Positions 14,438-17,584 of a stretch of 17,584 nucleotides of DNA are shown here, piece after piece. The notes beneath the pieces were generated by a model. It worked only from the letters and a program-made list of their open reading frames with translations. It had not been told where the DNA came from and did not search any database. Within the stretch, counting starts at the first letter, position 1; each line of letters opens with the position of its first letter. The stretch comes from a candidate division WOR-3 bacterium (GTDB lineage: Bacteria > Hydrothermota > Tepidihabitantia > Tepidihabitantales > JAOUPE01), in assembly GCA_039801565.1 (NCBI GenBank), contig JBDRUX010000051.1, forward strand, positions 1 through 17,584, given 5' to 3'. The position numbers were made by a program, and so were the translations under genes.

Positions 14438-15985
14438 CTATAGTTTTTCTGATATTGCTTTTGCCTGCAGGAATAATAGGAGATAATCTCTGCCCCCTGC
14501 CTTAGAATCAGTTCCCGACATATTAAACCCACCAAAAGGATGGACGCCAACTAAGGCACCCGTGCATTTGCGGTTGAAATAGAGATTGCCACAATGGAAA
14601 AGTTTTTTCGCTTTTGCAATCTTTTCGCGATTTTTCGTATAAACCGCTCCGGTTAAACCATATTCCGTATTATTGGCAATGGTTAAAGCATCATCAAAGT
14701 CTTTAGCTTTAATCACTGCTAAAACTGGACCAAATATCTCTTCCTGAGCAATCCGAGCATCCGGTTTCACATCAGCAATAATTGTTGGCTGGATAAAATA
14801 ACCATTGCCACCTGCCTTATCACCGCCGCATAAGAGTCTGCCTTCTTTTTTACCAATCTCGATATAATTTAAGATACTTTCAAATGCCTTTTGATTTATC
14901 ACCGGACCCAAATAGTTATTATAATCTTTAGTTGGTCCAACCTTGATTGCTTTTGCCTTTTCAACAATCATTGGTAGAAATGAATCGTAGACCTTGGCAT
15001 CAAGGATTAGTCTGGAGCAGGCGGAACATTTTTGACCTTGAAAGCCAAAGGCAGAAGTTATAACCCCGGTGCAGGCATCATTCAGATCCGCTTCAGAATC
15101 GACAATGATTGCATCCTTACCACCCATTTCGGCAATCACTCGCTTTATCCAAATTTGACCGGGCTGAGTCTTCGAAGCCAATTCAACAATCCCTAAACCA
15201 ACCGCTTTTGAACCAGTAAATGAAATGAACCTCGTCTTCGGATGGCCAACTAAGTAATTACCAACCCCACCACCTGGTCCGGTTATAAAATTGACTACTC
15301 CAGGTGGCATTCCAGCCTGTTCTAAGATTTCCATAAATTTATAGGCGATGGTTGGTGAATCACTGGATGGCTTTAAAACCACGGTATTACCGGTAACCAA
15401 AGCCGCCGAGGTCATTCCGACCATAATCGCACAAGGAAAGTTCCAAGGTGGTATGACCACTCCAACCCCTAATGGTATATATTCAAGTTCATTCAATTCG
15501 CCAGGATAGGGTGTTAATGGTTGAGGCTGGGCATATCGGATTGCCTCTCGGGCGTAGAATTCTAAGAAATCAATCGCCTCAGCAGTATCAGCGTCCGCTT
15601 CCAGCCAATTTTTACCGACCTCATAGACCATCAAGGCATCGATTTCGAACCTTTTCTGACGCATAATATTAGCCGCCCTCAACAAAATCGCTGCTCTTTC
15701 CGTAGCTGGGACAAATCGCCAGTTTTCAAATCGTCTCAACGCTGCTTGAATCGCCTTTTCGCCTTCCTTTTCGGTTGCTTTTTGAAAAACTCCAACGATT
15801 TCGTCCTTCTCTGATGGGTTATAAGAATTGAATTTATCCTTTGCCTTCACCCTTTCACCATCAATGATTAAGTCGTACTCCTTACCAAATACAGAATGAA
15901 CCTTATCTAAGGCTTCAAGCATCTTTTGCCGATTCTCTTCCTTAGAAAAATCAATGTAACCTTCATTTTTAAATTCTTGTAGCAT
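14438..15985 (-). CDS. pruA: L-glutamate gamma-semialdehyde (delta-1-pyrroline-5-carboxylate) dehydrogenase, RocA/PruA type
   Basis: ALDH motifs PPWNFP, FTGS, AEMGGKD, GQKCSACS and QEEIFGP. Family-specific GNLYFNRKCTGALVGVHPFGGFNMSGTDSKAGG. SD AAGGAGG. Confidence 0.92.
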   Translation of the reverse strand: MLQEFKNEGYIDFSKEENRQKMLEALDKVHSVFGKEYDLIIDGERVKAKDKFNSYNPSEKDEIVGVFQKATEKEGEKAIQAALRRFENWRFVPATERAAILLRAANIMRQKRFEIDALMVYEVGKNWLEADADTAEAIDFLEFYAREAIRYAQPQPLTPYPGELNELEYIPLGVGVVIPPWNFPCAIMVGMTSAALVTGNTVVLKPSSDSPTIAYKFMEILEQAGMPPGVVNFITGPGGGVGNYLVGHPKTRFISFTGSKAVGLGIVELASKTQPGQIWIKRVIAEMGGKDAIIVDSEADLNDACTGVITSAFGFQGQKCSACSRLILDAKVYDSFLPMIVEKAKAIKVGPTKDYNNYLGPVINQKAFESILNYIEIGKKEGRLLCGGDKAGGNGYFIQPTIIADVKPDARIAQEEIFGPVLAVIKAKDFDDALTIANNTEYGLTGAVYTKNREKIAKAKKLFHCGNLYFNRKCTGALVGVHPFGGFNMSGTDSKAGGRDYLLLFLQAKAISEKL

Positions 15986-16075
15986 AATGCCTCCTTATGT
16001 TAATAAATATTGAGACTTACAAAAAGTCTTGTTTATCAAGTCTTATGACTTTTCTAAGACCTGATTTAATCTTTC

Positions 16076-16103
16076 ATTTTATTAAAATTTAAGGATTTGT
16101 CAA
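16076..16103 (-). promoter_or_regulatory. Sigma70-type promoter of the pruA-NTPase operon
   Basis: Minus strand TTGACA (16103-16098)-N16-TAAAAT (16081-16076). Confidence 0.68.
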
Positions 16104-16116
16104 AGGTGTTTTTTTC

Positions 16117-16150
16117 AAAAATAAAAAGCCCCGAGTCGACCTCGGGGCTT
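16117..16150 (-). terminator. Rho-independent terminator after the lipoprotein genes
   Basis: Minus strand AAGCCCCGAG-GTCGA-CTCGGGGCTT followed by TTTATTTTT, 18 nt after the stop at 16169. Confidence 0.85.
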
Positions 16151-16168
16151 AGTTTCTGGGAGTTTAGC

Positions 16169-16945
16169 TTATGGGGTTACTACCCAACGTAAACCAGGAA
16201 CTTTCTGAAATGCGATTTTAAGTGTTACCTTTGCAGTAGCGGTCTCGATATTTTCGATTTTGATTTTGCCAAAGTAGTCTGTAGCATCATAACCGTTATC
16301 ATTTCGGTCCAACCAAATCGAACGGACATCATTCACACTTAGGGAAACCCTTGATATATAGTTCCCTGGTGCAGCAGCGATGTCAAGCGCATCAAAGTCG
16401 GTTGTTGCGTTTTCTTGAACAACATTGCCTCGGTTATTAATTGGAGTCGGCCTATCTTTTGGTGACGCAAACCACATACCAGTACCAAAGTTTACATCGT
16501 CTAAATAGTAATCAACATCGCTCGCACTTTGACTTACCGAAACACCAACCGCTGTTCCAGTGGCAGTGAAACTAATGCCGCTCGGGTGATTTGGGTCGGG
16601 ATCGGAAATACCATAAATAGTCAACGATGTAGTCAGTACCGGTGTTAAGTCAAGCTCCCACTTTTCTCCTTCTTTACTGCCATTATAGGCTGATACTTCA
16701 ATTTTCTTTGCCGGGGTAGTGACATCATAGGTAATTGTTCCGGTACCAGTAATTGTTGTATCCCTTGTTCCATCAAGGTAGATATAGTAACCATCCGCAT
16801 CGGTAACTGCTGGCCAAGTGAGTCTCAATTTTGCTCCATTATCAATCGGGGCATAGGTAACATTTGGCTTTTCTGGTGCTTCAATTGATTCGCAACCAAC
16901 CAGCACCAGAAGAACCAGTGCTAATAAGGCTATTAGGTATCTCAT
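16169..16945 (-). CDS. Hypothetical lipoprotein with an N-terminal fibronectin-III-like beta domain
   Basis: Lipobox LVG|C, LRLTWPAVTDADGYYIY FN3-like pattern, Thr/Asp-rich beta-strand composition. Confidence 0.8.
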   Translation of the reverse strand: MRYLIALLALVLLVLVGCESIEAPEKPNVTYAPIDNGAKLRLTWPAVTDADGYYIYLDGTRDTTITGTGTITYDVTTPAKKIEVSAYNGSKEGEKWELDLTPVLTTSLTIYGISDPDPNHPSGISFTATGTAVGVSVSQSASDVDYYLDDVNFGTGMWFASPKDRPTPINNRGNVVQENATTDFDALDIAAAPGNYISRVSLSVNDVRSIWLDRNDNGYDATDYFGKIKIENIETATAKVTLKIAFQKVPGLRWVVTP

Positions 16946-16952
16946 TTTCCTC

Positions 16953-17222
16953 TCACTTCCGAGTCGGTGGTTTTACGGCGGGTGCCTTTGGCGCAGGTTT
17001 TTCGGGTTTCGCTGGCGCTTTTTTGGCATGGAATTCCTCGTAATGCTTTGTATAATCAGCGGTCAGTTGCTCAACTTTCGCACCGAGTTCGGTGACTTTG
17101 CCTTCCAGCGCCTTTATCTGTTCCGCCATCTTTTCCCTTTCAGCCTTGACCTGAGCAGATTCCTGACAGCTCAATACTAAGAAGATTGCGGCTATCAGGC
17201 ATAGTGCTGCGAGCTTTTTCAT
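16953..17222 (-). CDS. Small lipoprotein, coiled coil + Pro/Ala/Lys-rich tail
   Basis: Lipobox VLS|C, heptad-like helix, tail KKAPAKPEKPAPKAPAVKPP. SD AAAGGAGG. Confidence 0.8.
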   Translation of the reverse strand: MKKLAALCLIAAIFLVLSCQESAQVKAEREKMAEQIKALEGKVTELGAKVEQLTADYTKHYEEFHAKKAPAKPEKPAPKAPAVKPPTRK

Positions 17223-17248
17223 TATGCCTCCTTTCTCTAACTTTTAAG

Positions 17249-17584
17249 TTAGATTAAAAAGCTCCGCCTTTGTAAACTATTTAATTGTCCATTCCATAAT
17301 AAAGAATTAGGAACTGAAGTCAAGTATTTTTTGCTAACCTTCTTATATAGTGGTAGTCCGGATACTTTTTGTCCTGCCTCCAAAATCCGAGGCGCCAGCG
17401 AAGACTTTGCCAGTTGGCGTTGACTGCTTGGTTGAACTGTAATCGCTAAGACTAAAAGTAACCAGACAAAGATTAATCCTGCCACTAATCCAAATATTGC
17501 CCCTAATAGCCGGTCAAGCCAACCCAATAAGGTTAAATTCATAACCTTACTTAAAAGATAGCCAATTAGAATGATTATGAAAAA
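17249..17584 (-). CDS. cvpA: CvpA (colicin V production) family membrane protein, 5' part outside the window
   Basis: Frame open to the window edge (FFIIILIGYLLSKVMNLTLLGWLDRLLGAIFG). LDRLLGAIFG signature and a later SSLAP motif. Confidence 0.8.
   Translation of the reverse strand, partial: FFIIILIGYLLSKVMNLTLLGWLDRLLGAIFGLVAGLIFVWLLLVLAITVQPSSQRQLAKSSLAPRILEAGQKVSGLPLYKKVSKKYLTSVPNSLLWNGQLNSLQRRSFLI

Noticed and set aside
5337..15666. Other overlapping short ORFs (5337-5531, 6226-6426, 6480-6668, 9329-9511, 9671-9979, 9853-10083, 13703-13960, 13782-13985, 14244-14486, 15472-15666)
   Set aside because: Nested in or antisense to better-supported CDSs, with no motifs.

Overview
Bacterial window, probably from a diderm (lipoprotein signal peptides, a likely outer-membrane beta-barrel, strong Shine-Dalgarno sites). 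Two metabolic blocks flank a ~9 kb accessory zone. Left (599-3932, +): two thiolase-fold genes that both lack the nucleophilic Cys, plus two DUF35 (Zn-ribbon/OB-fold) genes, resembling the Ltp3/Ltp4-DUF35 aldolase arrangement. Middle (3971-8840): six same-orientation copies of a modular intergenic repeat, each starting with a GGCGGGGA-N4-TCCCCGCC hairpin. They separate self-promoted cargo modules: MntA-HepT plus DUF4258-DUF2283, an AAA+/DUF4143 ATPase, HicB-HicA, and two small TM/coiled-coil proteins. Most cargo genes have TTGAC(T/A)-N16-TAnnAT-N5/6-ATG geometry, which implies leaderless transcripts. 9145-13035: two exported/membrane hypotheticals, small palindromic elements, a ~708 bp tandem duplication carrying a DUF5618-like gene and a sigma54-type promoter (second gene copy decaying), and a retropepsin-like protease. 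Right (13092-17584, -): a COG2403-type P-loop NTPase (probable arginine synthetase ArcE-like), P5C dehydrogenase, two lipoproteins and a partial CvpA gene. No rRNA, tRNA, CRISPR array, integrase or transposase was recognised. Family assignments are from motif recognition and memory, not database searches.
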